Positions 7,993-16,986 of a stretch of DNA of 26,191 nt are shown in pieces (the stretch's first letter is position 1; every line of letters begins with the position of its first letter). The position numbers were made by a program, and so were the translations under genes. The notes below the pieces were generated by a model that saw only the letters and a list, made by a program, of their open reading frames with translations, searched no databases and was not told where the DNA came from. This stretch comes from Pseudomonadota bacterium. GTDB taxonomy: Bacteria; Bdellovibrionota_G; JALEGL01; DATDPG01. The stretch is taken from positions 1-26,191 of the forward strand of contig JAZDDX010000037.1 in NCBI GenBank assembly GCA_043809315.1. Reading direction: 5' to 3'.

Positions 7993-8472
7993 TCAGCCGA
8001 GCGGTTCGATCCGGAAGAGTTTTTCCCCGAACTCCACCGGTTGCCCGTTCTCCGGGTAGATGTCCAAGATCTTTCCGTCGTAGTCGCATTCGAGTTCGTT
8101 CATCAGCTTCATCGCTTCCACGATGCAGAGGATCTGCCCCTTCCGAACCGTCTGACCGACCTGGGCGTATGGATCCGCGTCGGGCGAGGGGGCCCGATAG
8201 AAAGTCCCGACGAATGGCGACGTCACGAAGATGTCCTTGCTGTTCGGGACCTCCTCAGCCGCCGGCGCGTGGATGATCGCGGCCGCCTTGGGCGATTCCG
8301 CCGGATGGGGTGCTGGAACCGAATGCGGCATCAGGTGAGCGGTCGGCATCATCACCTGCTGGGGCTTCCCCCGCTCGACCCGGACCTTGAGCTCCCCTTG
8401 CGCGATCTCGACTTCGGTAAAATCGGTCTTCTCGATCAAGCGGAAAATCTCTTTTAGTTCCCGAAGATTCAT
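7993..8472 (-). CDS. accB: Acetyl-CoA carboxylase biotin carboxyl carrier protein
   Basis: SPFVGTFYRAPSP and EAMKLMNE biotinyl-lysine motif; adjacent to accC. Confidence 0.97.
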   Translation of the reverse strand: MNLRELKEIFRLIEKTDFTEVEIAQGELKVRVERGKPQQVMMPTAHLMPHSVPAPHPAESPKAAAIIHAPAAEEVPNSKDIFVTSPFVGTFYRAPSPDADPYAQVGQTVRKGQILCIVEAMKLMNELECDYDGKILDIYPENGQPVEFGEKLFRIEPLG

Positions 8473-8521
8473 GAGCGCCCCTATTTATCGGCCGCGCGGC
8501 CCTTTGTCCATGGAAGCGTGT

Positions 8522-8881
8522 CTACAATTCCTTCCGGATCGCCGGGGCAACTCGTCGCAGGAAAAACCGCCCCTGGCCCAGGTTCGAACCCGATCCCAGC
8601 ATCAACAGCATGAAATACTCGTCGTTCAGAACGCGCAAAACGAACCGGTTCTTCTCGGTGGAAACCACCAGCTCTTCCAAACCGCCCGCGTCGTTTCCAA
8701 GACTCACCTTGGCCGCTTCCTTCAGGAGACGACTGAGCTCGACTCCGATCTCCTGATACGACGCCTGGCCGCCCGCCGGCTTGGCGTCTGCCACGACGAT
8801 CCCGTCAAATCCCATCAGAGCCGCCGCCTGCGCCCCCTCCACGCCATCGACGACCGCCTTCAATTCGTTCGTGAAGTTCAT
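8522..8881 (-). CDS. mglC: Roadblock/LC7 protein, MglC ortholog
   Basis: 119-aa Roadblock pattern (AAALMGFDGIVV; NLGQGRF). F25-D26-I28 match the numbering of the MglB-binding FDI surface recalled for M. xanthus MglC. Located between pilQ/TPR and accB. Confidence 0.85.
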   Translation of the reverse strand: MNFTNELKAVVDGVEGAQAAALMGFDGIVVADAKPAGGQASYQEIGVELSRLLKEAAKVSLGNDAGGLEELVVSTEKNRFVLRVLNDEYFMLLMLGSGSNLGQGRFFLRRVAPAIRKEL

Positions 8882-9573
8882 GCCGCCTTTCTCCTTCGCG
8901 CGGAAATCCGCGCCAGAAGGCTCTCCAGAACCTGTCGTTTCCCGGCGGGGGGGGCGGGAGCTTTCCGCGGGGGTGAGAGCTGCGCCGCGATCTCCCGCGC
9001 CGCCTGCGCCAACTTCTCGTTTCTCGGCTCCGCCGCCGAGAGCCTCCGGTAGATCGCCAGAGCTTCCTCGAGATGCCCCTGCGACCGGTACAGGTTCGCC
9101 AACGTGGCCGTTTCCGCCGGCGGCGCGGCTTCCGTTGGCTTCGACACCGGGGCGACTTTGGGTTGAGGTGCCGACAATTTCGCAAGCTGTTGGGCGACCC
9201 AGGGGTCGGACGGAGCAAGGGCAATGAGTTGCTTCAAGAGCCCGGCGGCACGGTCCGCCGATCCTTCCTGGATGTGAATCTGGGCGAGAAGGCGGTTCGC
9301 GATCAGGTTGTCGGGAGCGAAGTTCAAGACCTCCTCGAAAAATCCCCGGGCAAGGTCGTAGTCCCCGTTTTCGAAATAGGCCCGCGCCAAAGCCACCTTC
9401 GCGCCGAGATAGTTGGGGTGGCGTGCCAGCCCATCGCGCGCAACGGCGATCGCTTCGTCGTACCGGCCCAGCTTGCGATAGATGTCGGAGAGAGGGACGA
9501 ACGCCCTCGATTTCGGATCGTTCGCGATCGCCTCCGTGTGTTTTCGGATCTCGGCCTCGAACGGTTCCCTCAC
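8878..9573 (-). CDS. Tetratricopeptide repeat protein
   Basis: DPKSRAFVPLSDIYRKLGRYDEAI TPRs, Pro-rich linker, ETATLANLYRSQGHLEEALAIY C-terminal TPR. ATGA overlap with mglC. Confidence 0.88.
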   Translation of the reverse strand: MREPFEAEIRKHTEAIANDPKSRAFVPLSDIYRKLGRYDEAIAVARDGLARHPNYLGAKVALARAYFENGDYDLARGFFEEVLNFAPDNLIANRLLAQIHIQEGSADRAAGLLKQLIALAPSDPWVAQQLAKLSAPQPKVAPVSKPTEAAPPAETATLANLYRSQGHLEEALAIYRRLSAAEPRNEKLAQAAREIAAQLSPPRKAPAPPAGKRQVLESLLARISARRRKAA

Positions 9574-9606
9574 GGAGGAAAACCTACCACACCCTCCTCG
9601 AACGTC

Positions 9607-10167
9607 CTACTGCGCCGTGGAGAGGGTCGTTGTGCCGCCGCCGGTCGTCGTCGAGAGCTTCGATACCGCAATCGACAGCGCCGCTTCCTGCCCGCCCCCG
9701 ATGATGGCGTTGAAGGTGGCGGTATAGGAATCGACCCCGAGATCGGCCGGGGCCGCGAGCCGAACCGCCATATCGTATCCGCCTCGAGCGTCGGTTGCGA
9801 AGTTGTACGGGTTGGAAACCGTTTGTAGTTTCGAGTGGTCGAACGTCGCTCGACCGTCGTTCCCCGCCCAATCCATGAGATCGCACTTGTCGCAGGTTGT
9901 TACGACATAGATGTTGTTTCCGGGACCGCTCGTCGGGTCGGGCCCTGTGGAACCCGGGAAGATCGGATCGATTCCAACGGGAACCGTCACGTTTACATGA
10001 ACGTTGACCGTTGTCGCGGTGTCGATGGCTCGCGTCGTTGGTCCGGTAACGGCAACCGAGGACCCCTCCGGAGCGTTGAAGCCGTTGGGGGCCGCGTTAC
10101 AACTCAGCATCCAGAACCCCGCTAACAAGAGCGGAAGATTTAAAATTAAACTTTTTTTCGTGTCCAT
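9607..10167 (-). CDS. Hypothetical beta-rich (possibly Ig-like) lipoprotein (186 aa)
   Basis: ATG 10167 preceded by GGGGG, 10 nt after the pilQ stop. MDTKKSLILNLPLLLAGFWMLSC lipoprotein signal. Thr/Val/Gly-rich body with CDKC. Confidence 0.75.
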   Translation of the reverse strand: MDTKKSLILNLPLLLAGFWMLSCNAAPNGFNAPEGSSVAVTGPTTRAIDTATTVNVHVNVTVPVGIDPIFPGSTGPDPTSGPGNNIYVVTTCDKCDLMDWAGNDGRATFDHSKLQTVSNPYNFATDARGGYDMAVRLAAPADLGVDSYTATFNAIIGGGQEAALSIAVSKLSTTTGGGTTTLSTAQ

Positions 10168-10177
10168 CGTGATCCCC

Positions 10178-13100
10178 CTAATCCCGGATATCCCGGATCG
10201 CTTCCCGTTCATCCCCAACGATCCTCGGTGTGACAAAGATCAAGAGCTCCGTCCGCCGGAGAGACTTCTGGTAGTTCCGGAACAGCGCCCCCAGAATCGG
10301 GATCTTCGACACGAACGGGAGACGATCCTGCGAATTCGCCGTCCCCGTCGAATAGATCCCGCCCAACACCGTCGTGTTGCCGCTCTTGACCAGCACCTCC
10401 GTGTTGGCGCTTCGCGTGTCGATCAGCGGATTCCCCTGAACCAACTGCGCGAAGTTCGGTTCGCTCCGGGTCGCGCTGATCGTCATCAGGATCGATCCGT
10501 CGTTCGTGATGTGCGGGGTCACCGAGAGCGTGGTCGCGGCGCTTTCGAAACGGACGTTCGACCCGGCATTCGCCGTCTGGGTCTGGAACGGGATCATCGA
10601 CCCGGCCGTGATCGTGGCTGACTTGTTATCCAATACCGTCACCTTGGGTGCCGAAACGAGTTTCGCGGTTCCCTCTTGCTCGCCCAAGGTCAATCCCAGA
10701 TCGAGATCGACGATGTTGTTGATGCTTCCCAGCTTGATTCCGGCGGTCGTGTTGATCACACCGTTGTTGGGGAAGTTCATCGTGAACGGGGAGATCGCGA
10801 TCGAGTTCGGGAAGAAGATCCCGGTCGGATTCCCCGTCGCGGCGGTGAACCTCGTGTTCCCGCTCCACGTGATCCCGAAGGACCGGGTAAAGGTCTGCGT
10901 GGCTTCGACGATCCGTGACTCGATCGACACCTGCGGGGTCTGCGTGTCGAGGATGTCGACCATCTTGCGGGCCTTATCCAGATTCTCCCGGATGTCCTTG
11001 ATGATCAGCGTGTTCGTCCGGCTGTCGATGTCGACCGTGCCCCGCTCACTCAAGACCGACGCAACCTGCTTTGTGAGCGTCGCGGCCTGGGCAAAACTGA
11101 CCGGTTTGAAGAGGACGTCAAGCGGTTTCGCCGCCTTGGCCGCCCGCATGGTGGCGGCCGCTGACTCGCGCTCCCGGCGCAGGCGATCGGCCGGCGCGAT
11201 CCGGACGATGTTCCCGTACCTCTCGAACCAAAGACCTCGCGTCTGGAGAATGATCGCAAACGCCTGATCCCACGGTACGTCATCCAGGCGGATCGTCACC
11301 CGCCCATCGACGTCGTCCGAGATGATCATGTTGAATTTTGAAATCTCCGCGATCAGCCGGAAGATGCTCCGCACCTCGGCGTCCTTGAAATCCAGGGAGA
11401 TCTTGCGGCCCACGAACTTCCGGCCTTCGTATTCGCCGGAGAGAATCGCCCCCATGTCGGTCAGCGGTTCCCCCTTGCTCATGCTCTCACTCATGAACGC
11501 TTCCCGGACGTACCGGTACTCTCGGGCCGGAACGGCCCGGGGGCCCCCATCCTCCGTCCCTTTCGCGGGCGTCACCCCTTCCGCACTCATGACTCTCTCG
11601 GAAGGAGCTCCCACTTCCCTTCCCGTCCCTGTCTCGAACTGACTCTCCGTTAACCCCTCGGCCGGAAGCTGGGGAGGCGGTGCCGCCTTGGAAACGGTCG
11701 GGGTTCGCTTGCGGAGAATCTGGGGGGGGATGTCGACATCCACGTAGAGATTGCTCCCCTCTTGCGTAACGGTATACGGCATTTGTTGTTCGATCTCGAC
11801 GATGAACGCAGCCGTCTTGGCCCTCTTGTCCGCTTTGGGGGAGACACTTACGATCGCCGTCTGAAATTCCCGCGTATCGAATTCCCGGCGAAGCGCCTGT
11901 TTCTCGAACTTCGCGTTCGCGATCGTGACGGCGAATTTTCCTGGCGCGATGTCCTGGGTCGTGTACTCCGCACCCGAATTGCTCAGCCCGATGATCAGGC
12001 GGGACTTATTGACGTCCTTCATCTGTTTGAACCCGAGTCCCGTGATCCGAACCGGTTTCCCCGGGGTAACGGGAGGAGCGGCGATCGCCGGAAGAGCCGC
12101 ATCCGTCGGAGCCGCCGCTTCCGGAACGGGAACGTCGGCGACCGGAATTTCGGCCGCGGGGACTTCCGCCGTTGCGGACGGAGTCTCTCCCGTCGCCACC
12201 GTCGCGATGTTCAACACGAGGGCGTTTCCGTCCCGCGTGATCGTATAGGCGGGGGGGCCCGAGGAGGATGCATCCAACACGATCCGAATGTCCGCCCCCT
12301 TCGCTTTCTTCCCCCCGATCCGAAGAGCCGACACTTCCGGAGTTCCCAAGTTGATGCTCTTTCCTCCCGGATAGGCATTCTTCATCCCCTTCAGATCAAC
12401 GACCACACGATGGGGATTCTTCAGAACGAAATCTTGATAATTCTCCACGGGGCCGTTTCCGATCAATCGGACGGTCGTCCCGGTCGTCGAGGAAGAATAT
12501 TGAATGTCGACCAGTTCCGTCGCTTGGGACGGAGCCGGAGCCACGGCAGGAGACGTGGCGGCGGAAATTTCGGCGGCCGGGATTTCGGCGCCTGGAACCC
12601 ACTCGATCGGCGGGACCGCAGTGGGAGAAGGCAATGCGACCGCTTCGGAAGCGAGAGGAGAGGTTTCGGGTGACGCGGCATCCGGGGATGGGCCGGGGGT
12701 CGATCCGAGTCCGGGGATTTCCGGCAATCCGGCGGGGGCCGAGGAGCTCATGATCTCCCCGCCCGCGGAATTGACCAACAACACCAATTTGGATCCCTGC
12801 GATTCGACCTGGTACTCCATCGGCTGCGTGAGTCCCACGACGACACGGCTCAGGGAACTCTTGGCGTCGTCAAACTGATTCGCCGTGATCTGGGTGATCC
12901 CCCCCTTGTTCATATCTTGCGAGGCGGGAAGCTGTCCGAGCTTGGTGTCGGTCAGGTCGACGATGATTCGATCCGGATCGGTCAATTTAAAGATGTTCGG
13001 GGACATCGGGGCGGTCCCTTCGAGCACGACCGCTGTCGTTTTTCCGCGCTCTTCCATCTTCACCGAGACCAGCTGATTCATCGAACGGCCGCCGTCGGAC

Positions 13101-13198
13101 GTGCCGGCCGCCGTGTTCGGCGCCGATTTCTTTCCCGCGCAGCCGAGCAAGAGCGCAAGCGCCAGAAAGCCGGCGAGGCAGTTACGTAGGGCTACCAT
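10178..13198 (-). CDS. pilQ: Type IV pilus secretin PilQ with lipoprotein signal and about three AMIN domains
   Basis: Start ATG 13198 after GGAGG; LALALLLGC lipobox. AMIN-like motifs (FKLTDPDRIIVDL, FVLKNPHRVVVDL). GRKISLDFKDA, VPWDQA, DSRTNTLII, LSVTPHIT, IPILGALF, ELLIFVTPRI secretin motifs. Confidence 0.96.
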   Translation of the reverse strand: MVALRNCLAGFLALALLLGCAGKKSAPNTAAGTSDGGRSMNQLVSVKMEERGKTTAVVLEGTAPMSPNIFKLTDPDRIIVDLTDTKLGQLPASQDMNKGGITQITANQFDDAKSSLSRVVVGLTQPMEYQVESQGSKLVLLVNSAGGEIMSSSAPAGLPEIPGLGSTPGPSPDAASPETSPLASEAVALPSPTAVPPIEWVPGAEIPAAEISAATSPAVAPAPSQATELVDIQYSSSTTGTTVRLIGNGPVENYQDFVLKNPHRVVVDLKGMKNAYPGGKSINLGTPEVSALRIGGKKAKGADIRIVLDASSSGPPAYTITRDGNALVLNIATVATGETPSATAEVPAAEIPVADVPVPEAAAPTDAALPAIAAPPVTPGKPVRITGLGFKQMKDVNKSRLIIGLSNSGAEYTTQDIAPGKFAVTIANAKFEKQALRREFDTREFQTAIVSVSPKADKRAKTAAFIVEIEQQMPYTVTQEGSNLYVDVDIPPQILRKRTPTVSKAAPPPQLPAEGLTESQFETGTGREVGAPSERVMSAEGVTPAKGTEDGGPRAVPAREYRYVREAFMSESMSKGEPLTDMGAILSGEYEGRKFVGRKISLDFKDAEVRSIFRLIAEISKFNMIISDDVDGRVTIRLDDVPWDQAFAIILQTRGLWFERYGNIVRIAPADRLRRERESAAATMRAAKAAKPLDVLFKPVSFAQAATLTKQVASVLSERGTVDIDSRTNTLIIKDIRENLDKARKMVDILDTQTPQVSIESRIVEATQTFTRSFGITWSGNTRFTAATGNPTGIFFPNSIAISPFTMNFPNNGVINTTAGIKLGSINNIVDLDLGLTLGEQEGTAKLVSAPKVTVLDNKSATITAGSMIPFQTQTANAGSNVRFESAATTLSVTPHITNDGSILMTISATRSEPNFAQLVQGNPLIDTRSANTEVLVKSGNTTVLGGIYSTGTANSQDRLPFVSKIPILGALFRNYQKSLRRTELLIFVTPRIVGDEREAIRDIRD

Positions 13199-13223
13199 AT
13201 CTGACCTTCCTCCCATGTTTCGA

Positions 13224-13796
13224 TTACTCATCGGACATCCTCACCGTCAGTCCCGGCTTTTCTTTCGCCTTCTCTTCTTTCCCGTGGATCTCGAAGTTCG
13301 ACTCTCGGACGACCAGCTTCCCGGTTGGATCCCGATATTCTTCCTCGATGAATACCTCGCGCCGCGTGATCCGGGAGACACGCCCCCGGTTCTTTCCCAC
13401 CCGACTGTTCATCTTCACGATGTAACTGTACCCGTCCGGCGCGCGAATCCGCGCGCGCGGATCGGAGATCCCCCATACGATTCCCGTCAGATGCAATTCA
13501 TCCAATTCGTACCGTTCCAACGGAGCGCGGGGTGCCGCCATATCCTCTTTGACGAGTTCCCCCGCGAACCCCTTGAACGGATCCCTTTTTCCGACCGGAT
13601 TGTAGAAATATTCGTCTTTGGCCGTCAGGAACGGAGACGGCACCTCCACCTTGGTCGCCTCCCCCGCCGCTCGGCCGACCGCCGGTTTCGCTGGTTCCGG
13701 GACGGTTGTCGGAGGCAGTTCCGTCGAACAGGAGATCAGCATAACCCCTGCGACGAGAAGAGAACCCGCGAGCTTCCAGCGGAATCGGGCCGTCAT
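13224..13796 (-). CDS. pilP: Type IV pilus assembly lipoprotein PilP
   Basis: Lipobox LISC; YNPVGKRDPF, PLERYELDELHLTGIVW, VGKNRGRV. Confidence 0.93.
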   Translation of the reverse strand: MTARFRWKLAGSLLVAGVMLISCSTELPPTTVPEPAKPAVGRAAGEATKVEVPSPFLTAKDEYFYNPVGKRDPFKGFAGELVKEDMAAPRAPLERYELDELHLTGIVWGISDPRARIRAPDGYSYIVKMNSRVGKNRGRVSRITRREVFIEEEYRDPTGKLVVRESNFEIHGKEEKAKEKPGLTVRMSDE

Positions 13797-14371
13797 CGCC
13801 CACCTCCGCCGCTGAACATGAAGGTCGTAGCCCGGCAGTCGACATTCAGGACAATCGTATTCCCGACCGCCTTGGGAGAGGAAAAGACCAGGTTCGAAAT
13901 GTTCACGATCCGGCTCAGTTTCCCTACCTGGTCGATGAACGAAGCGATGTCGTGATAGGTCCCGTCGATCTTCAGATCCATGCCCAAGTCGCTATAGAAC
14001 CCCTTGTTCGACTGTCCGGCGGGCTTGAAGCTCAAGAGCCCGATGTTGGTCTTTTTTGCGACGATCGAAAGCTGTCGGTACAGCGTGTGAACATCCGCTT
14101 CGTTCGGGAGAAGAGCCAATGCCTGCTTCAACTGCTCGTTCAAGATATTGACCTCCTCCTGGAACTTCGGGAGGTTGTCCGCGATCGCCTGGTTCTCCAG
14201 GAGCCGCACCTTGAGTTCGGAGCTCTGCTTCCTCAGTCGGTCAAGCTCTTCCTTCTTGGGCGTGAAAAACATCCAGAATTCCACCGCCGCCACCGCCGCC
14301 AGAATGATGGCCAGGACAACCAGCTTTACGACGATCGGCGCTTTTCCGAACTGCTCCAGGAGCTTCGTCAT
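13793..14371 (-). CDS. pilO: Type IV pilus assembly protein PilO
   Basis: N-terminal TM, coiled coil, LLPNEADV, GTYHDIASFIDQVGKLSRIVNI. Confidence 0.94.
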   Translation of the reverse strand: MTKLLEQFGKAPIVVKLVVLAIILAAVAAVEFWMFFTPKKEELDRLRKQSSELKVRLLENQAIADNLPKFQEEVNILNEQLKQALALLPNEADVHTLYRQLSIVAKKTNIGLLSFKPAGQSNKGFYSDLGMDLKIDGTYHDIASFIDQVGKLSRIVNISNLVFSSPKAVGNTIVLNVDCRATTFMFSGGGGR

Positions 14372-14928
14372 GACTTGGCTCCCCCGGGGTTGTAGTTCAC
14401 GAGGCAGTTCACGCTGAACTTCTGAATCGTTCTGCCTCCTTCCCCGCCTTGCGACACCTGGATCAGCTGGACGTTATAGAAAAACTTGGATCCCCGCAGG
14501 TTGTCGATGAAGTCGGCGACGGTCGGCCCGTCGGCCGCGGCCCCTTCCAACGTGAGCTGTTTCTCCATTTCGCGGAACGTCGTGATCCAGGCCTTTCGCG
14601 GAAGCACGTAGCCGAACTCCTCCATGAACTTGACCGGACCGGTCCGCTTCTCGTTCAGATCCTTGATCGTGTTGATCTTCGCTTCGAGGTCTCTTCGCTT
14701 CCGCTTGTAATCCTCCACCTCGGCGATCACGGCCTGTAACTGGTTGATCTTCTGTTGAAGATCGTTCTGGACGATCCGCTCGGACTCGACCCTCTTCTCC
14801 ATCTCGCGGTTCTTCCACCAGCAAATCACCAGGGCGACCGCGATGACGATCACTCCCGCGATCAACTGGAAGATCGCCCCTTCTTTCTTCCGTTCCGCCT
14901 TGGTCGGGATCAGGTTTATGCGGATCAT
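14368..14928 (-). CDS. pilN: Type IV pilus assembly protein PilN
   Basis: MIRINLIP PilM-binding motif, TM helix, coiled coil. Confidence 0.94.
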   Translation of the reverse strand: MIRINLIPTKAERKKEGAIFQLIAGVIVIAVALVICWWKNREMEKRVESERIVQNDLQQKINQLQAVIAEVEDYKRKRRDLEAKINTIKDLNEKRTGPVKFMEEFGYVLPRKAWITTFREMEKQLTLEGAAADGPTVADFIDNLRGSKFFYNVQLIQVSQGGEGGRTIQKFSVNCLVNYNPGGAKS

Positions 14929-16001
14929 CGATCCCCCACGTAGCGCAGAGCCAATCCCACCGCGACGGCGGCCGCCGGAGCCACCTCGGTGATGTGAGCC
15001 ACGTTGAAGTTCTTTTCATTGATCGTCACGCTCTTGAACGGGTTCGCGATCTCAGTCGGGATCCCAAGTTTCGCCTCCACCACCCCGGGAAGCCCCGGAA
15101 CCTTCGAGCTCCCACCCATCAGGTAGACCTTGGTGATTTTGTCGTCCGACGCGGTAGCCGCGAAAAAATCGAGCGACCGCTGGATTTCGATCGCGACCGA
15201 CTCGGAGACCGACCGGATGATCCCACCCACCTCCTGGGGGATGACCGCTTCGGTCGTCTCGGCCGGGGAACTCAAGTCGCCCCCCAATTTGAGCGACTCC
15301 GCCTCTTCGTGACTCACGTTGAGCTGTTTCTGGATCTCCTCCGTGAACTGCGCCCCGCCGATCGAAATATCCCGGGTGAAGGTGGAGACCCCGCCCCGCA
15401 GGATGTTGACGTTGGTCGCGCTCGCCCCGATGTTGGCCAGGACGACCGTCCCCTCCCCCGTGAATCCATAATTCGCCTCGAACATGTTCTCGATCGCGAA
15501 GGCGTCCACGTCCATCACCAAGGGGGTGAGCCCGGCCTCATGCAGAACGGACATGTGATCGTTGATCATGTCCTTCTTGGCCGCGACCAGCAGAACCTCC
15601 ATCTGCCCCACGTTCTGTTCGTCCGGGCCGATGATCTGCACGTCGAGGTTGACGTCGGTGATGTCGAACGGGATGTACTGCTCCGCCTCCCACTGGATCG
15701 ACTCCTCGAGTTCCTGCTCCGTCATCTGGGGAAGCTTGATCTTCTTGACGATCACGGAGTGCCCCGAGACCGAGGTGGCGACCTCGCGGTTCTTGATCTT
15801 CTCTGCAGCGACAAGTTCGGCAATCGCCTCCACGACCGCACTGGAGTTCATGATGGCGCCGTCGACGATCGCCTCCGGGGGGAGCGGCACCATCCGGAAG
15901 TGGACGAGCAACATCCCATTCTTGCTCTGCCGGATCTCAACCGCCTTGACCGCGCTGGACCCGATGTCGAGACCGACTAAGTTCCTTTTTCCGCCGAACA
16001 T
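14925..16001 (-). CDS. pilM: Type IV pilus assembly protein PilM (actin-like)
   Basis: VGLDIGSSAVK, WEAEQYIPF, VLLVAAKK, IGGAQFT, LMGGSS, VAVGLALR. Confidence 0.96.
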   Translation of the reverse strand: MFGGKRNLVGLDIGSSAVKAVEIRQSKNGMLLVHFRMVPLPPEAIVDGAIMNSSAVVEAIAELVAAEKIKNREVATSVSGHSVIVKKIKLPQMTEQELEESIQWEAEQYIPFDITDVNLDVQIIGPDEQNVGQMEVLLVAAKKDMINDHMSVLHEAGLTPLVMDVDAFAIENMFEANYGFTGEGTVVLANIGASATNVNILRGGVSTFTRDISIGGAQFTEEIQKQLNVSHEEAESLKLGGDLSSPAETTEAVIPQEVGGIIRSVSESVAIEIQRSLDFFAATASDDKITKVYLMGGSSKVPGLPGVVEAKLGIPTEIANPFKSVTINEKNFNVAHITEVAPAAAVAVGLALRYVGDR

Positions 16002-16010
16002 ATCCTCTCG

Positions 16011-16250
16011 CTATCCCCCGAAGACCTGAGCTTTGTCGGTCAGGTTCAACCCCAACGCCTTGATGATCTTCCGCTTGGTGGCCATTCGGCAGATTCGGCC
16101 CCTTTCCACGCGGTCCACCGTCAGGGCCGACAGACCGGCCGCCTTGGCCAGCTCGGATTTGCTCATGAGAAGCTGTTCGCGAAACCTCCGGACATTGTTG
16201 CCGACTTTCGCGGCCGGACTCTTCTTTCGACGAGACATCCCCCGGGTCAT
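16011..16250 (-). CDS. XRE-family helix-turn-helix protein, first gene of the pil operon
   Basis: NNVRRFREQLLMSKSELAKAAGLSALTVDRVERG HTH. GAGGTG SD upstream of ATG 16250; 9-bp gap to pilM. Confidence 0.88.
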   Translation of the reverse strand: MTRGMSRRKKSPAAKVGNNVRRFREQLLMSKSELAKAAGLSALTVDRVERGRICRMATKRKIIKALGLNLTDKAQVFGG

Positions 16251-16313
16251 CGTACACCTCGTATCACGACACTAGGATTGTATTTACGGCGCAGTACCAC
16301 TGTCTGATCATCC

Positions 16314-16341
16314 ATTGTAAAAAGGGGGGTACAGCTGTCAA
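16314..16341 (-). promoter_or_regulatory. Near-consensus sigma70 promoter for HTH-pilMNOPQ
   Basis: Minus-strand TTGACA (16341-16336), 16-nt spacer, TACAAT (16319-16314), flanked upstream by an AT-rich tract. Confidence 0.7.
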
Positions 16342-16410
16342 GAAAAGGTGCAATATTTAATGCAAATTAAGCTAAGTTATATTTAATTATATGTCTACAA
16401 GGAGCCGCCG

Positions 16411-16986
16411 ATGACTGAACCAGCGCAGCGTGACCATGACACGAGCCGTTGGAAACGACTCTTCCGAAGGAAGTTCTACCTCTATCCGTTCCTGAACCGG
16501 AAGCTGCAGTTCAGTTTCGCGGCCCTTCTCGCCGTGATTGGGCTTGGAAACGCGATCTATCTCCTTCTCCTCTTCTATTTCTACGCCCGCGAGACGTTCG
16601 ACCTCCTGGTCCCCTACATCCCGGAGTATATTGCGGTCGACCCGATTTTCGCGCACCACACGAGGATCTTCCTCCGGACGGTGGGGTTCATCCTGATCCC
16701 GGAGACCGTCTTGCTGGTCCTGTGGGGGCTGTTCTTCGCCCACCGGATCGCCGGCCCCTTGTACAAGATCGATCGGACGTTCCGTGAGATCTCAGGTGGG
16801 AAAGAACCGAAACCGATCCACCTGCGAGATGGGGACATGTTGCTGGATGTGGCCGATCAGGCGAATCTCGCAATCGCCGGTTTGTCCGGACAGCGCAAGG
16901 AGATCGCAACGGCACTTGCGGAACTCGAAGCGGGGGATGCCAAGTCGGCGGGTACCCGACTCAAGAAGCTCATCCGCCCAGAATAA
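16411..16986 (+). CDS. Two-TM membrane protein with HAMP-like domain and no output domain
   Basis: AAGGAG SD; two hydrophobic helices, then AHRIAGPLYKI...IHLRDGDMLLDVADQAN HAMP-like signature and a short coiled coil. Confidence 0.8.
   Translation: MTEPAQRDHDTSRWKRLFRRKFYLYPFLNRKLQFSFAALLAVIGLGNAIYLLLLFYFYARETFDLLVPYIPEYIAVDPIFAHHTRIFLRTVGFILIPETVLLVLWGLFFAHRIAGPLYKIDRTFREISGGKEPKPIHLRDGDMLLDVADQANLAIAGLSGQRKEIATALAELEAGDAKSAGTRLKKLIRPE

Noticed and set aside
16320-16400. AT-rich tract as replication origin or foreign DNA
   Set aside because: Short, no DnaA boxes or mobility genes seen, and explained by the divergent promoter.
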